64,000 bases of DNA from positions 47,491 through 111,490 of the forward strand of contig JAHCAU010000012.1 of the NCBI GenBank assembly GCA_019634715.1, read 5' to 3'. Shown piece by piece: positions 1 to 10,099 of this stretch. Both the position numbers and the translations under genes were made by a program. Position 1 is the first letter of the stretch. Each line of letters begins with the position of its first letter. This DNA is from Lysobacter sp. (GTDB lineage: Bacteria > Pseudomonadota > Gammaproteobacteria > Xanthomonadales > Xanthomonadaceae). The notes below the pieces were generated by a model, which did no database searches, was not told where the DNA came from, and was given only the letters and a program-made list of their open reading frames with translations.

Positions 1-987
1 TTCTTCATGGCCGTGGGCATGAGCATCGACCTGCGCCTGATCGTGGCCGAGCCGGGGATGATCGTGCTCGGCACGCTCATGCTGCTGGTGGTGAAATCGG
101 TGCTGCTGTTCGCGATCGGCAGGCGCCCCGGGCGCATGGGCTGGCGCGAAGCGCTGCAGCTGGCGGCGGTGATGGCGCTCGGCGGCGAATTCGCGTTCGT
201 CGTGTTGTCGGAGGCGGTGAAGGCGCGCCTGATCGACGACGTGCTGCAGAACCGGCTGATCGCCATCGTCGGCCTGTCGATGGCGCTGACGCCGCTGTCG
301 GTGATCGCGGCCTCGCGCGTGCTGCGCGCGCATCCGGACCGCGCGCCGGTGCGCGAGTTCGACGCGATGCCGTCCGGGCATCCGCAGGTGATCCTGGCCG
401 GCTTCGGCCGCTTCGGGCAGATCGTGGCGCGCATGCTGGTGGCACAGAAGATCCCGTTCGTCGCACTGGAGACCGATGCCAGGCAGGTCGATTTCATGCG
501 CCGCTTCGGCAACGTGATCTACTACGGCGATCCTTCGCGGCCCGACCTGCTGCGCTCCGCAGGTGCCGGGCACGCGACGCTGTTCATCAACGCGATCGAC
601 AACGTCGAGTCCAACGTGCGGGTGACCCGCGTGGTGCGCCGGCTGTATCCCGACATGCGGATCTTCGCGCGCGCACACGACCGCCGGCATGCCTGGCAGC
701 TGATGGACCTGGGCGCGGACGTGACGCGCGAGACCTTCGCCTCGGGCCTGGAGATGGCGCGCGACGTGCTCGTTGCGCTGGGCATGACCCACGAACAGGC
801 CAACGCGCGCGTGCGGAAATTCCGCCAGCACGACGAAGCGCTGCTGGCGACGCAGCACCTGATCTACGACGACGAGGCCGCGCTGCTGGAAAGCGCGAAG
901 CAGGCGCGCAGCGAGCTGGAGCAGCTGTTCGAGGCGGACGTGGAGGAGCAGGCGGAAGCGTCATCGGACGACACGCGGGCGAGGTGA
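1..987 (+). CDS. Glutathione-regulated K+ efflux / CPA2 antiporter (KefB/KefC family), 5' end outside the window
   Basis: Hydrophobic helices with the CPA2 motif GGEFAFV, then a KTN/TrkA-N Rossmann motif VILAGFGRFGQIV and YYGD. The frame is open from base 1. Confidence 0.88.
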   Translation, partial: FFMAVGMSIDLRLIVAEPGMIVLGTLMLLVVKSVLLFAIGRRPGRMGWREALQLAAVMALGGEFAFVVLSEAVKARLIDDVLQNRLIAIVGLSMALTPLSVIAASRVLRAHPDRAPVREFDAMPSGHPQVILAGFGRFGQIVARMLVAQKIPFVALETDARQVDFMRRFGNVIYYGDPSRPDLLRSAGAGHATLFINAIDNVESNVRVTRVVRRLYPDMRIFARAHDRRHAWQLMDLGADVTRETFASGLEMARDVLVALGMTHEQANARVRKFRQHDEALLATQHLIYDDEAALLESAKQARSELEQLFEADVEEQAEASSDDTRAR

Positions 988-1016
988 GCGGTGCCGCCTG
1001 CAGAAGAGCGTTGCTC

Positions 1017-1129
1017 TTGTAGGAGGGCCTTCAGGCCCGAGCTTTTTCGACGAGCAAGATCAAGAGCTCGGGCCTGAAGGCCCTCCTACAAAAGCAAGGC
1101 CCTCCTGCAAAAGCAAAAGGCCCTCCTGC
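1017..1129. repeat. REP-like inverted repeat pair (GTAG family) with tandem duplication of the terminal 19-mer
   Basis: TTGTAGGAGGGCCTTCAGGCCCGAGCT (1017-1043) is the exact reverse complement of 1065-1091. AAGGCCCTCCT(A/G)CAAAAGC occurs at 1077-1095 and 1096-1114, and partially at 1117-1129. The element lies between convergent genes. Confidence 0.85.
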
Positions 1130-1147
1130 GGAAACGCCGCAGGGCGC

Positions 1148-4100
1148 CTACTCCCGATCCTTCAGGAACCGCGCCATCGACAGCTGGCCGGTCTGCGGCG
1201 CGAATTCGGCGGCGACGTCGATGAAGCCACGCATCACCGCGATCTCGCGCGGGCTGCGGTTGAGCGCGTCGCGCGCTTCCGGGTCGGCGCCGTCGCGCAT
1301 CAGCTGCTGGGTGACCTTGAGCAGGCCGTGCAGCGCGGCGAGGTGCAGCGGGCCGAAGCCGCGCGGGTCGCGGACCTGCAGGTGCGCGCCTTCGTCGAGC
1401 AGGCGCTCCATGCCGGCGATGACCACGTCCTCGTCGCAGGCGGTGCCCGGTTCGGCGCGCGCGCCGAGCAGCAGCAGCAGCGGCGTGACGTTGCCGGCGG
1501 CCGGGGTGTCCGGGTCGGCGCCGGCCAGCAGCAGGGCGTCGAACAGCGCGATCAGGCGGCGACGGTCGCGGCAGGTGAAGCCGAACAGCGCGGCGCAATG
1601 CAGCGGGGTCAAGCCCTGGGCATCGCTGGCGTTGATGTTGGCGCCGGCGGCGAGCAGGCGCGAACAGACTTCCGGCAGGCCCAGCGCGGCGGCGAGCATC
1701 AGCACGGTGACGTCGCCGGGCAGGCGCTGCTCGAGCGTGGCGCCGGCGGCGAGCAGGCGGTCGACGATCTCGATCTGGCGCATGCTCACCGCCGCGGACA
1801 GCGGCGTGGCGCCGGTGCGCGCGGCGATGCCGGGGCTGGCGCCGCGGGCGAGCAGCAGTTCGATCACCGCGCGATGTCCGCCGCCTGCGGCGCGCAGCAG
1901 GGCGGTGCAGCCCTGGCTGTCGACGGTGTCGATCGGCATGCCGAGGTCGAGCAGGCGGCGTACCGCATCCGCATCGCCGGCCGTGGCGGCCTGAGGCAGG
2001 TCCGACGGCTGCAGCGCGCGGCCGGGCAGGGGCCAGTGGCGCCAGTCCAGCCAGTCGGCGAGGTCGCGGCGCCCGCTGGCGAGGGCCACGCCCAGCGGGG
2101 TCTGGCCATCGGCGGCACGCACGTTCGGCGAGGCGCCGTGCAGGATCAGCTGCTTGAGGATCGGTTCGCGGCGCAGGGCGGCGGCGAGGTGCAGCGCGGT
2201 CATGCCGTGGTGGTCGCGTGCGCCGAAATCCGTGCCGATGGCGATCAGCCGCGCGATCAGCCCGCCCCAGCCCAGGCGCACGGCCAGGGTCAGCGGCGGG
2301 TCGCCGGCGGGGCTGGCGGCGAATGGGTCGGCGCCGCGTTCGAGCAGGTCCAGCGCGAGCTTCTCCAGGCCGCGGTCCGCCCGGTCGGCGGCCACGCAGG
2401 CGGCGAGGAAGCGCGACAGGCCGCCGGCACCGGCGGGCGAGACGCCGCGGCGCAGCAGTTGCTGGATCGGCGTGGTCGCGACCGGACCCAGCGCCAGCCA
2501 GGCGAACAGCGGGGTGTCGCCGTGGCGATCGCGCGTTTCGGGGTCGGCGCCGTGGCGCAGCAGCCAGTCGATGTGCACCGGTTCGGCGGGCGAGTCGCCA
2601 TCGTGCAGCAGGCTGCCCAGTTCGGCCGGCGACACCAGCGGCAGCAGGCGCGGCAACAGGTCCTCGCGGCCTTCGTACAGGGCGTCGCGCAGCATCGCGA
2701 TCGGTGCGCGGTCCGGCGGTGGCGGCTCGTTCCCGGCGTCGCTGCCGACACTGGCCGGCAGCAGGTACTTGGGGTCGATCGCCGAGACCAGCGCCCAGCG
2801 CCCGGCGGCGGCGGCGCAGTCGATGGCGGCACGACCCTCGGCATCGCGGTGGCCGCGATCCAGGCCGAGGTCGAGCAGGGTAGCGATCAGCGAGGGCGAC
2901 GGGGCTTCGGACAGGCAGGCGAGGATCAGCGCGTGCCGGCCGCGGGCGTCGACGGCGTGCACGTCGGGCCGTGCCGGCAGCAGTGCCTTGAGCGCCGGCA
3001 GGCGGGCGCCGCGCGCGGCGTCGAGGAAGGGCGTGCGCTGCTCGGCGTCGCGGGCGTGCACGTCGGCGCCGGCGCCGAGCAGGATGCCGATGATGTCGGC
3101 GTGCCCGGCGAGGGCCGCTTCGTGCAGGGCGCTGCGGCCGCGCAGGTCGCGCGCGTCGACCCTGGCCTTGTGCTTGAGCAGCAGCTGCACGCCGGCGGGA
3201 TCGTCCTCGTCGCCGCCGGCCGCCGCGTGCAGCGCCGGCAACGCGCCGGGCAGGTCGGGCCTGGCGCCGCGTTCGAGCAGGAAGCGCGCGAGCCGCCAGT
3301 TGCCGGACATGCAGGCGATCGCCAGCGGCGAGGCGTGTTCGTCGTTGAGCGGATCGATGCCGGCGCCGGCGTCGCGCAGCAGCGCGGCGACGCCCGGATC
3401 CGAGCTGCGCGCGGCGTGGTGCAGCGGCGTGTTGCCTTCGCCATCGGCGATGCGCGGGTCGGCGCCGTTGGCGAGCAGGGTCATCACCGCCTCGGGGCGG
3501 CCATGCCAGCTGTCGCGGGTGGCCGCGACCAGCGGGGTCATGCCACCGTGCGGCGCGTTCACGTCGACGCCATGGGCGATCAGGGCGCGCAGCAGGCGCA
3601 GGTCGGGCAGCACCGCGGCCAGCATCGGCAGGGTGCGCTGGTCGCGGTCGTCGGCGCGCGGCAGCGCATGCGGGTTCGCACCGGCATCGAGCAGGCCCAA
3701 GGCGCGCTCCACCCGGCCATGCCGCGCGGCGTCGTACAGCGCGCCGTCGAGGTCGCCGTCGTCGATGACGGCGGCATCGGCGCTTTCGACAGCGCGGGCT
3801 TCCTCCAGCAGGGCATCGGCGCTGAGCGGCGAGGGCGCGGCCATGCGCAGCAGGCCGGCGTGCGCCAGCGGCCAGAGCACCGCGCAGGCGGCCGTGGCGG
3901 GCCAGTGCGCAGCGGCGGGCAGCAGTCCCGGCCAGGCCAGCAGCAGCGTGCCGGCCAGCGGCAGGATCAACAGCAGCGCGGCGACCAGGCCCTGCCAGTC
4001 GCGGGTGTCGGTGTTGCCCAGCGCGCGCCAGTGCTCGGCCAGCGTGCCGCCTTCGCCTTCCAGCCAGCGCCACAGCGGCCAGGTCCGCCACAGCCCGATC

Positions 4101-4459
4101 AGCGCACCGCCGGCAACGGCGCTGACCGACAGCGCGGCGCCCAGCGTGCGGCCCTGCAGCAGCGCCGCCAGCGGCCAGGCGATGAGGACGGCGAACGCCG
4201 CCAGCGCCAGCGCCCACAGCGCGAGCAGCGGCAGGGCGTCACGGGGATGCCCGCGGCCGCGCATCGCCAGGGCGAAGGCCGGCTGCGCCAGCAGGCCGGC
4301 GACGGCGGTCAGCAGGGCGCCTGCGGCACCGCCGAGCACCGCCGTGCCGATGCCGGCCACGCCGGTCAGGGCCAGGCCCGCCGCCAGCGGCAGCAGCGCC
4401 GGCCGAGTCCGCGGCGCGGTGTTCAGGACCACGTCCTTCGGGGCCGCGTCGTCAGGCAT
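1148..4459 (-). CDS. Membrane-anchored ankyrin-repeat protein
   Basis: N-terminal hydrophobic helices followed by many ankyrin motifs ([45 protein letters not shown]). Confidence 0.92.
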   Translation of the reverse strand: MPDDAAPKDVVLNTAPRTRPALLPLAAGLALTGVAGIGTAVLGGAAGALLTAVAGLLAQPAFALAMRGRGHPRDALPLLALWALALAAFAVLIAWPLAALLQGRTLGAALSVSAVAGGALIGLWRTWPLWRWLEGEGGTLAEHWRALGNTDTRDWQGLVAALLLILPLAGTLLLAWPGLLPAAAHWPATAACAVLWPLAHAGLLRMAAPSPLSADALLEEARAVESADAAVIDDGDLDGALYDAARHGRVERALGLLDAGANPHALPRADDRDQRTLPMLAAVLPDLRLLRALIAHGVDVNAPHGGMTPLVAATRDSWHGRPEAVMTLLANGADPRIADGEGNTPLHHAARSSDPGVAALLRDAGAGIDPLNDEHASPLAIACMSGNWRLARFLLERGARPDLPGALPALHAAAGGDEDDPAGVQLLLKHKARVDARDLRGRSALHEAALAGHADIIGILLGAGADVHARDAEQRTPFLDAARGARLPALKALLPARPDVHAVDARGRHALILACLSEAPSPSLIATLLDLGLDRGHRDAEGRAAIDCAAAAGRWALVSAIDPKYLLPASVGSDAGNEPPPPDRAPIAMLRDALYEGREDLLPRLLPLVSPAELGSLLHDGDSPAEPVHIDWLLRHGADPETRDRHGDTPLFAWLALGPVATTPIQQLLRRGVSPAGAGGLSRFLAACVAADRADRGLEKLALDLLERGADPFAASPAGDPPLTLAVRLGWGGLIARLIAIGTDFGARDHHGMTALHLAAALRREPILKQLILHGASPNVRAADGQTPLGVALASGRRDLADWLDWRHWPLPGRALQPSDLPQAATAGDADAVRRLLDLGMPIDTVDSQGCTALLRAAGGGHRAVIELLLARGASPGIAARTGATPLSAAVSMRQIEIVDRLLAAGATLEQRLPGDVTVLMLAAALGLPEVCSRLLAAGANINASDAQGLTPLHCAALFGFTCRDRRRLIALFDALLLAGADPDTPAAGNVTPLLLLLGARAEPGTACDEDVVIAGMERLLDEGAHLQVRDPRGFGPLHLAALHGLLKVTQQLMRDGADPEARDALNRSPREIAVMRGFIDVAAEFAPQTGQLSMARFLKDRE

Positions 4460-4721
4460 CCGTGCCCCAATCGTCGGTCATCGGGTCGAGTACCGTCTTC
4501 GGGAACTGCAGGTGGAAGCCGCGTTCGGCCAGGTTCGCGCGCACCACCGCGGCATCGGCCTGGGCCAGCCTGCGCTCCGGCGTCAGCGCCACGTCGAGCA
4601 CGAAGTGCAGCGCGCCCAGCTGCGTGCGCACCGGCGGCGGCAGACAGTCGAAGTCGTCGCGCCTGGCGAGGTAGAGATAGGTGTCGGCCTTCCGCTGGCT
4701 CTTGTAAACGTAGGCGTGCAT
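4452..4721 (-). CDS. ycgL: YcgL domain protein
   Basis: [18 protein letters not shown]...[11 protein letters not shown] matches the YcgL pattern. Its stop overlaps the ankyrin gene start. Confidence 0.85.
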   Translation of the reverse strand: MHAYVYKSQRKADTYLYLARRDDFDCLPPPVRTQLGALHFVLDVALTPERRLAQADAAVVRANLAERGFHLQFPKTVLDPMTDDWGTDA

Positions 4722-5110
4722 GGCCGAAGGGTGGTGCCTCATGACAGGGAACGACGACCGGCCCGCAGGCCGGTGGCAGTGCGATACGCCACAGGCTCGT
4801 CGGAGCCTGCCCCTGTCAGATCAATCACTTGCGAGACCGACCTGCGGCGGATGCGTGGAAGTATCGCCCAACTGCCGGATATTGTGGAACTTCGCGGCGA
4901 ATTGTGCGGCAAAGCACGCTTGCGGGCTAGGTCGGAGACAGGGGTTGCACGGACGTTCCGACGGCCGGCCGCATGCGATGGTCGCCGTGACGCATGTCGG
5001 GTCGACAGGGTGTGCGCATCTTGGCCCGCAGGGTGGGTGGGTCCTGCGGCCCATGAAAAAGGCCATCGCACGCTCTAAGCTTCGGCGTCTTTCATCCGCC
5101 GGCGCTCCAC

Positions 5111-7516
5111 ATGACCGTTCGTTCCCGCGCTTTCCGCCTCCGCGCCCCGCTTCGCAGCCTCCTCGCGTCCGCCCTGCTGGTCACTGCGGCCACGCAAGCC
5201 GCCGAACCGCTGACGCTCGACACGGTGATGGCCGACCCGGACTGGATCGGCAACGCGGTCGAGCAGGCCTGGTGGTCGTGGGACGGCAGGACCGCGCTGT
5301 ACCAGCGCAAGCGCGAGGGCGCGAGCATTCGCGACCTGTGGCAGGTGCCGGTGGCCGGTGGCGCGCCGGCGAAGGTCGGCGATGCAGCGCGCGCCGGGCT
5401 CGATGCCGCGCGACCGGTCTACGACGTCACCCGCACCCGCGCCGCATTCGCGCGCAACGGCGACATCTTCGTCCGCGACCTGCGCAGCGGCGCGCTCACG
5501 CAGCTCACGCGCACCGAAACGCAGGAATCGCGCCCGCAGTGGAGCCGCGACGGCGCCCTGGTCTGGCGCGCCGGCAACGACTGGTATCGCTGGACGGCGG
5601 CGCTCGGCGTGGTGCAGGCCTCGAACCTGCAGGCCGCCGACGACCCGGCCAAGGCGCCGCCCGCCGACGACCTGCGCGACCGCCAGCTGCGCCTGATCGA
5701 AACCCTGAAGACCGATCGCGACCGCCGCGAGGCTGCGCGCACGCAGGAACTGGCCTGGCGCCGCGCCGATCCCACCCGCGCGCCGCTGCCGGCCTATCTC
5801 GGCAAGAACGTCGAGATCGCCGACAGCGCGCTGTCGCCCGATGGCCGCTGGCTGCTGGTCGTCGCCACCGCCAAGGGCGCCGACGCGGGCCAGGGCGGCA
5901 AGATGCCGAAGTACGTGACCGAATCGGGCTACGAGGAATTCGAGGAGGTGCGCACCCGCGTCGGCCGCAACGCGCCGCAGCCGCACGCGCTGTGGCTGGT
6001 CGATGTCGATGGTGCGAAGGCGACGGAACTGAAGTTCGACACGCTGCCGGGCATCGCGGTCGACCCGCTGGCCGAGCTGCGCAAGGCCGCGAAGCAGGAG
6101 CCGCTGAAGGGCAACCGCCCGGTGCGCATCGAGACCGACGGCGACGGCCTCGGCCCGGCGATCCACTGGAGCGGCGACGGCGGCAACGTCGCGGTGCTGG
6201 TGCGCGCGATCGACAACAAGGACCGCTGGATCGCCACCGTCGACCTGGCCGGCGCGAAGCTGCAGGCGCGCCATCGCCTGACCGATCCGGCGTGGATCAA
6301 CTGGAACTTCAACGACTTCGGCTGGCTGCCCGATGGCCGCACCCTGTGGTACCTGTCGGAAGAGAGCGGGTATTCGCATCTCTACCTGCACGACGGCGCG
6401 AAGCCGCGCGCGCTGACTTCGGGCAAGTGGGAAGCCTCGTCGCCGGCGCTGTCGGCCGACGGCAAGCGCTTCCTGTTCCTGTGCAACCGCGCGTGGCCGG
6501 GCGACTACGAAGTCTGCGAAGTGCCGCTGGCCGGCGGCGCGGTGCGCGAACTGACGTCGCTGGACGGTGTCGAGGACTTCGTCGAATCGCCCGAGGGCGG
6601 GCGCCTGCTCGTGCGCCATTCCGACAGCTACCTGCCGCCGCAGCTGGCGGTGGTCGCCGACGGCGCCGCGCGCGATCTCACCGATACCCGCAGCGACGCG
6701 TTCAAGGCGCGCACCTGGCTCGAACCCGAATACGTGCAGGTGCCGTCGAAGCATATCGGTTCGAAGCCGGGTGCCGGCACGATCTGGGGCAAGTACTACG
6801 GCCCGAAGACGCCCGAGCCGGGCAAGCGCTATCCGGTCGTGCTGTTCGTGCACGGCGCGGGTTACCTGCAGAACGTCAGCGACCGCTACCCGAACTACTT
6901 CCGCGAGCAGATGTTCCACCAGATGCTGGTCGAGCAGGGCTACATCGTGCTGGACCTGGATTTCCGCGCGTCCGAAGGCTACGGCCGCGACTGGCGCACC
7001 GCGATCTACCGGCACATGGGCGAACCCGAGCTGCAGGATTACCTCGACGGCATCGACTGGCTGGTCGAGACGAAGCAGGGCGACCGCGACCGCGTCGGCA
7101 TCTACGGCGGCAGCTACGGCGGCTTCATGACCTTCATGGCGCTGTTCAAGAAGCCGGGCGTGTTCAAGGCCGGCGCCGCGCTGCGCCCGGTCACCGACTG
7201 GTCGCAGTACAACCACGAATACACCAGCAACATCCTCAACACGCCGGTGCTCGATCCGGAAGCGTACAAGCGCTCCTCGCCGCTGGAGTACGCGGACAAG
7301 TTGCAGGATCACCTGCTGATCGCGCACGGCATGATGGACGACAACGTGTTCTACAAGGACTCGGTGATGCTGGCGCAGCGCCTGATCGAACTGCGCAAGG
7401 GCAAGTGGGAACTGGCCAGCTATCCGCTGGAGCGACACGGCTACACCCGCGCCGCATCGTGGTACGACCAGTACCGCCGCATCCACGAGCTGTTCGAGCG
7501 CACGTTGAAGCCCTGA
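5111..7516 (+). CDS. Secreted S9 family peptidase (prolyl oligopeptidase / DPP-IV-like)
   Basis: Signal peptide, a beta-propeller region (LSPDGRW, WLPDGRT), nucleophile motif GGSYGG, catalytic Asp in DDNV and catalytic His in ERHG. Confidence 0.93.
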   Translation: MTVRSRAFRLRAPLRSLLASALLVTAATQAAEPLTLDTVMADPDWIGNAVEQAWWSWDGRTALYQRKREGASIRDLWQVPVAGGAPAKVGDAARAGLDAARPVYDVTRTRAAFARNGDIFVRDLRSGALTQLTRTETQESRPQWSRDGALVWRAGNDWYRWTAALGVVQASNLQAADDPAKAPPADDLRDRQLRLIETLKTDRDRREAARTQELAWRRADPTRAPLPAYLGKNVEIADSALSPDGRWLLVVATAKGADAGQGGKMPKYVTESGYEEFEEVRTRVGRNAPQPHALWLVDVDGAKATELKFDTLPGIAVDPLAELRKAAKQEPLKGNRPVRIETDGDGLGPAIHWSGDGGNVAVLVRAIDNKDRWIATVDLAGAKLQARHRLTDPAWINWNFNDFGWLPDGRTLWYLSEESGYSHLYLHDGAKPRALTSGKWEASSPALSADGKRFLFLCNRAWPGDYEVCEVPLAGGAVRELTSLDGVEDFVESPEGGRLLVRHSDSYLPPQLAVVADGAARDLTDTRSDAFKARTWLEPEYVQVPSKHIGSKPGAGTIWGKYYGPKTPEPGKRYPVVLFVHGAGYLQNVSDRYPNYFREQMFHQMLVEQGYIVLDLDFRASEGYGRDWRTAIYRHMGEPELQDYLDGIDWLVETKQGDRDRVGIYGGSYGGFMTFMALFKKPGVFKAGAALRPVTDWSQYNHEYTSNILNTPVLDPEAYKRSSPLEYADKLQDHLLIAHGMMDDNVFYKDSVMLAQRLIELRKGKWELASYPLERHGYTRAASWYDQYRRIHELFERTLKP

Positions 7517-7550
7517 CCGGCGCGGAGATGCCTGCGCGACACGGCATCCC

Positions 7551-7627
7551 GTGGAGCGGATCGCAGTTCCGCTGCTTCAGGGCTGTCGGATTGCGGAGCC
7601 TGGCAGCGGGTCTTCGACCCGCTCTAC
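7551..7627. repeat. Degenerate inverted pair of a second GTAG-type REP family
   Basis: GTGGAGCGGATCGCAGTTCCGCT (7551-7573) versus the reverse complement of 7605-7627 (GTAGAGCGGGTCGAAGACCCGCT): 18 of 23 positions identical. The second copy has an internal hairpin. Confidence 0.6.
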
Positions 7628-7729
7628 AGTGCTGCGGTGCAGTCTTTCGAACAGGCTTTTAACCTCGCGCTAGCGGAAACTTGAGGTTCGCCTCATGTTC
7701 CGCTCATCCGCGCCGCGCATGCTGCGCGC

Positions 7730-9478
7730 ATGCCTTCCTTCGCGAAACCGTTCCGGCCGGCGCTCGGCGCCGGCACGCTGCTCCTGCTCGTCGTCGCCTA
7801 TCTCGTGGTCGCGCTCAACGCGCGGTTCTGGGCGATCGTGTCCGCATCGCCCGGACTGGACGGCTTGCATGGCGTCAAGGTCATTGCAGCCGTGGCGGCC
7901 GCGCTGTTCGCGCTGACCCTGCTGATGCTGCTGCCGCTGAGCCTGCGCTGGATCTTCCGGCCCGGACTCGCGCTCGTGCTGCTACTGTCGGCGGCAGCGG
8001 CTTTCTTCATCGGCGACTACGGCGCGGTGATCGACCGCCACGCGCTGGCCAGCGTGTACGCGACCGATGCGCGCGAGGCCGGCGAGTGGCTCAGCCTGCG
8101 CATGCTGCTGTTCATCGCCGGCTTCGGCGTGGTCCCGGCGGCGCTGCTGTGGTGGGTGCGCATCGACTGGCGCAGCGCACCGCGCGAGCTGTGGTCGCGG
8201 CTGAAGCTCGGCGCGCTCGCCCTCGTGCTGCTCGCGGTCGCCGCCGGCATGGCCGGCAAGGACGTGGCCTCGCTGCTGCGCAACCGCATGGAACTGCGCC
8301 ACATCGCCAACCCCTTCGCGCTGCTCGCGGCGAACCTGTCCTACCTGGAGCATGCCCGCGACGCCGATCGCCCGTTCGTGCGCGTCGCAACCGATGCGCA
8401 TCGCGGCGACGTGCTGGTGCCGTCGAAGCGTCCGCTCGTGCTGGTGCTGGCGATCGGCGAGTCGCTGCGCGCGGCCAGCCTGGACCTCAACGGCTACGAT
8501 CGCGATACCGACGTCGACCTGCATCCGCTGCCGATCGTGAACTTCGGCCATGTCGGCAGCTGCGGCACGAACACCGCGACCTCGCTGCCGTGCCTGTTCT
8601 CCGACCTCGATCGTGCCGCCTACGACGATGCGGAGGCGAAGCATCGCGAGAACCTGATCGACGTGCTGAAGCGCGGCGGCTACGACGTGCTGTGGATCGA
8701 CAACAACACCGGCAGCAAGGGCCTGGCTGCGCGCGCCAAGGAGTTGTCCGCCGCCGAGGGCGCCGATCCGTCGCGATGCAATGCCGACGGCTGCCACGAC
8801 GAGGTGCTGGTCGATCGCCTCGAGACCGTGCTGCCCACGATCCGCCGCGACACGGTGATCGTGGTGCATCTGCTCGGCAGCCACGGCCCGGCCTACCACG
8901 CGCGCTATCCTGCCGGTTTCGCGGTATTCCAGCCCGAATGCCGCACCAACGAACTGCAGAAGTGCAGCGACGCGCAGCTGCGCAACACCTACGACAACTC
9001 GGTGCTCTACACCACGCACGTGCTCGCCGAAATCGTGTCGCAGCTCGGCGAACCATCGGCCCTGGTCAACCGGCTCCCGATCGAGGTGCTCCGCTGCCGC
9101 GCGCGACGCGGCCATGGCGGCACGGGGACGTGCCCGGAGCCGCAAGCATCGGCGTTGCCGGCGGCCGATGCCGGCATCGACGCCGCGATGCTGTTCGTCT
9201 CCGACCATGGCGAATCGCTCGGCGAGAAAGGCCTCTATCTGCACGGTGCGCCGTACGCGATCGCGCCGGACGAGCAGACCCATGTGCCGATGCTGCTGTG
9301 GACGTCGGATCGCTTCGCGTCGCGTCGCGGCCTCGATCTGGATTGCGTGCGTCGCGGCGCGGACCGGCCGCTGTCGCACGATCATTTCTTCCACAGCGTG
9401 CTCGCGCTGGCCGACGTGCGCACGCGCGCGCAGAAACTGGCCCTCGACCTTTTCGCGGGCTGCGCGCCACCGCGCTGA
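7730..9478 (+). CDS. eptA: Lipid A phosphoethanolamine transferase (EptA family)
   Basis: N-terminal membrane domain. Catalytic motifs IGES, SCGTNTATSLPCLFS (nucleophilic Thr), GSHGPAY, YDNSVLYT, SDHGESLGE and YLHG are present. Confidence 0.9.
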   Translation: MPSFAKPFRPALGAGTLLLLVVAYLVVALNARFWAIVSASPGLDGLHGVKVIAAVAAALFALTLLMLLPLSLRWIFRPGLALVLLLSAAAAFFIGDYGAVIDRHALASVYATDAREAGEWLSLRMLLFIAGFGVVPAALLWWVRIDWRSAPRELWSRLKLGALALVLLAVAAGMAGKDVASLLRNRMELRHIANPFALLAANLSYLEHARDADRPFVRVATDAHRGDVLVPSKRPLVLVLAIGESLRAASLDLNGYDRDTDVDLHPLPIVNFGHVGSCGTNTATSLPCLFSDLDRAAYDDAEAKHRENLIDVLKRGGYDVLWIDNNTGSKGLAARAKELSAAEGADPSRCNADGCHDEVLVDRLETVLPTIRRDTVIVVHLLGSHGPAYHARYPAGFAVFQPECRTNELQKCSDAQLRNTYDNSVLYTTHVLAEIVSQLGEPSALVNRLPIEVLRCRARRGHGGTGTCPEPQASALPAADAGIDAAMLFVSDHGESLGEKGLYLHGAPYAIAPDEQTHVPMLLWTSDRFASRRGLDLDCVRRGADRPLSHDHFFHSVLALADVRTRAQKLALDLFAGCAPPR

Positions 9479-9511
9479 CGACGGCGCCTCCGCTCGAACG
9501 CAGACTGCGGA

Positions 9512-10057
9512 TCACGCGGTGCCCGCGAACTCCTCCGCATGCAGCCACGCGGCCTGGCGGACGGTGCGCCGCGTGCGTTGCCACTCGTCCATCATCGACG
9601 GCGCGAGGCGCTCGAGTTCTTCCAGCTGGCCGGGCTTGACCGTGTTCGCGGCCAGTTCGATGCGATGCCCGCTGGGGTCGTGGAAGTAGATCGACTGGAA
9701 AATCGCGTGGTTGGTCGGGCCGATCACGTCCAGGCCCATGTTTTCCAGCCGCGCCTTCGCGGACAGCAGCGCATCCATGTCCTCGACCTCGAACGCGAGG
9801 TGCTGCACCCAGGCCGGGGTGTTGTCGTCGCGGCCCATCGGCGGCGAGTTCGGCACCTCGAAGAAGGCCAGCACGTTGCCGCGCCCGGCATCGAGGAAGA
9901 TGTGCATGTACGGGTCGGGTTCCTTCGTCGACGGCACGCGGTCCTCGGAAATGGCCAGCAGCAGGTCCATGTCCAGCGCGCGCTTGTAGAAGTCGACGGT
10001 CTCACTGGCGTCGCGGCAGCGGTAGGCGACGTGGTGGATGCCTCGGGTCAGGGCCAT
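9512..10057 (-). CDS. VOC (glyoxalase/extradiol dioxygenase superfamily) protein
   Basis: GIHHVAYRC...VQHLAFEV...SIYFHDPSGHRIELA. Lies 42 nt downstream of hppD on the same strand. Confidence 0.88.
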   Translation of the reverse strand: MALTRGIHHVAYRCRDASETVDFYKRALDMDLLLAISEDRVPSTKEPDPYMHIFLDAGRGNVLAFFEVPNSPPMGRDDNTPAWVQHLAFEVEDMDALLSAKARLENMGLDVIGPTNHAIFQSIYFHDPSGHRIELAANTVKPGQLEELERLAPSMMDEWQRTRRTVRQAAWLHAEEFAGTA

Positions 10058-10099
10058 GCTCGTGCTCCGGGTCGTGTTCGGGAATGCCTTCGCGCCGGG

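Noticed and set aside
1017-1129. CRISPR array
   Set aside because: The repeats are an inverted pair plus abutting tandem copies with no unique spacers, and there are no cas genes.
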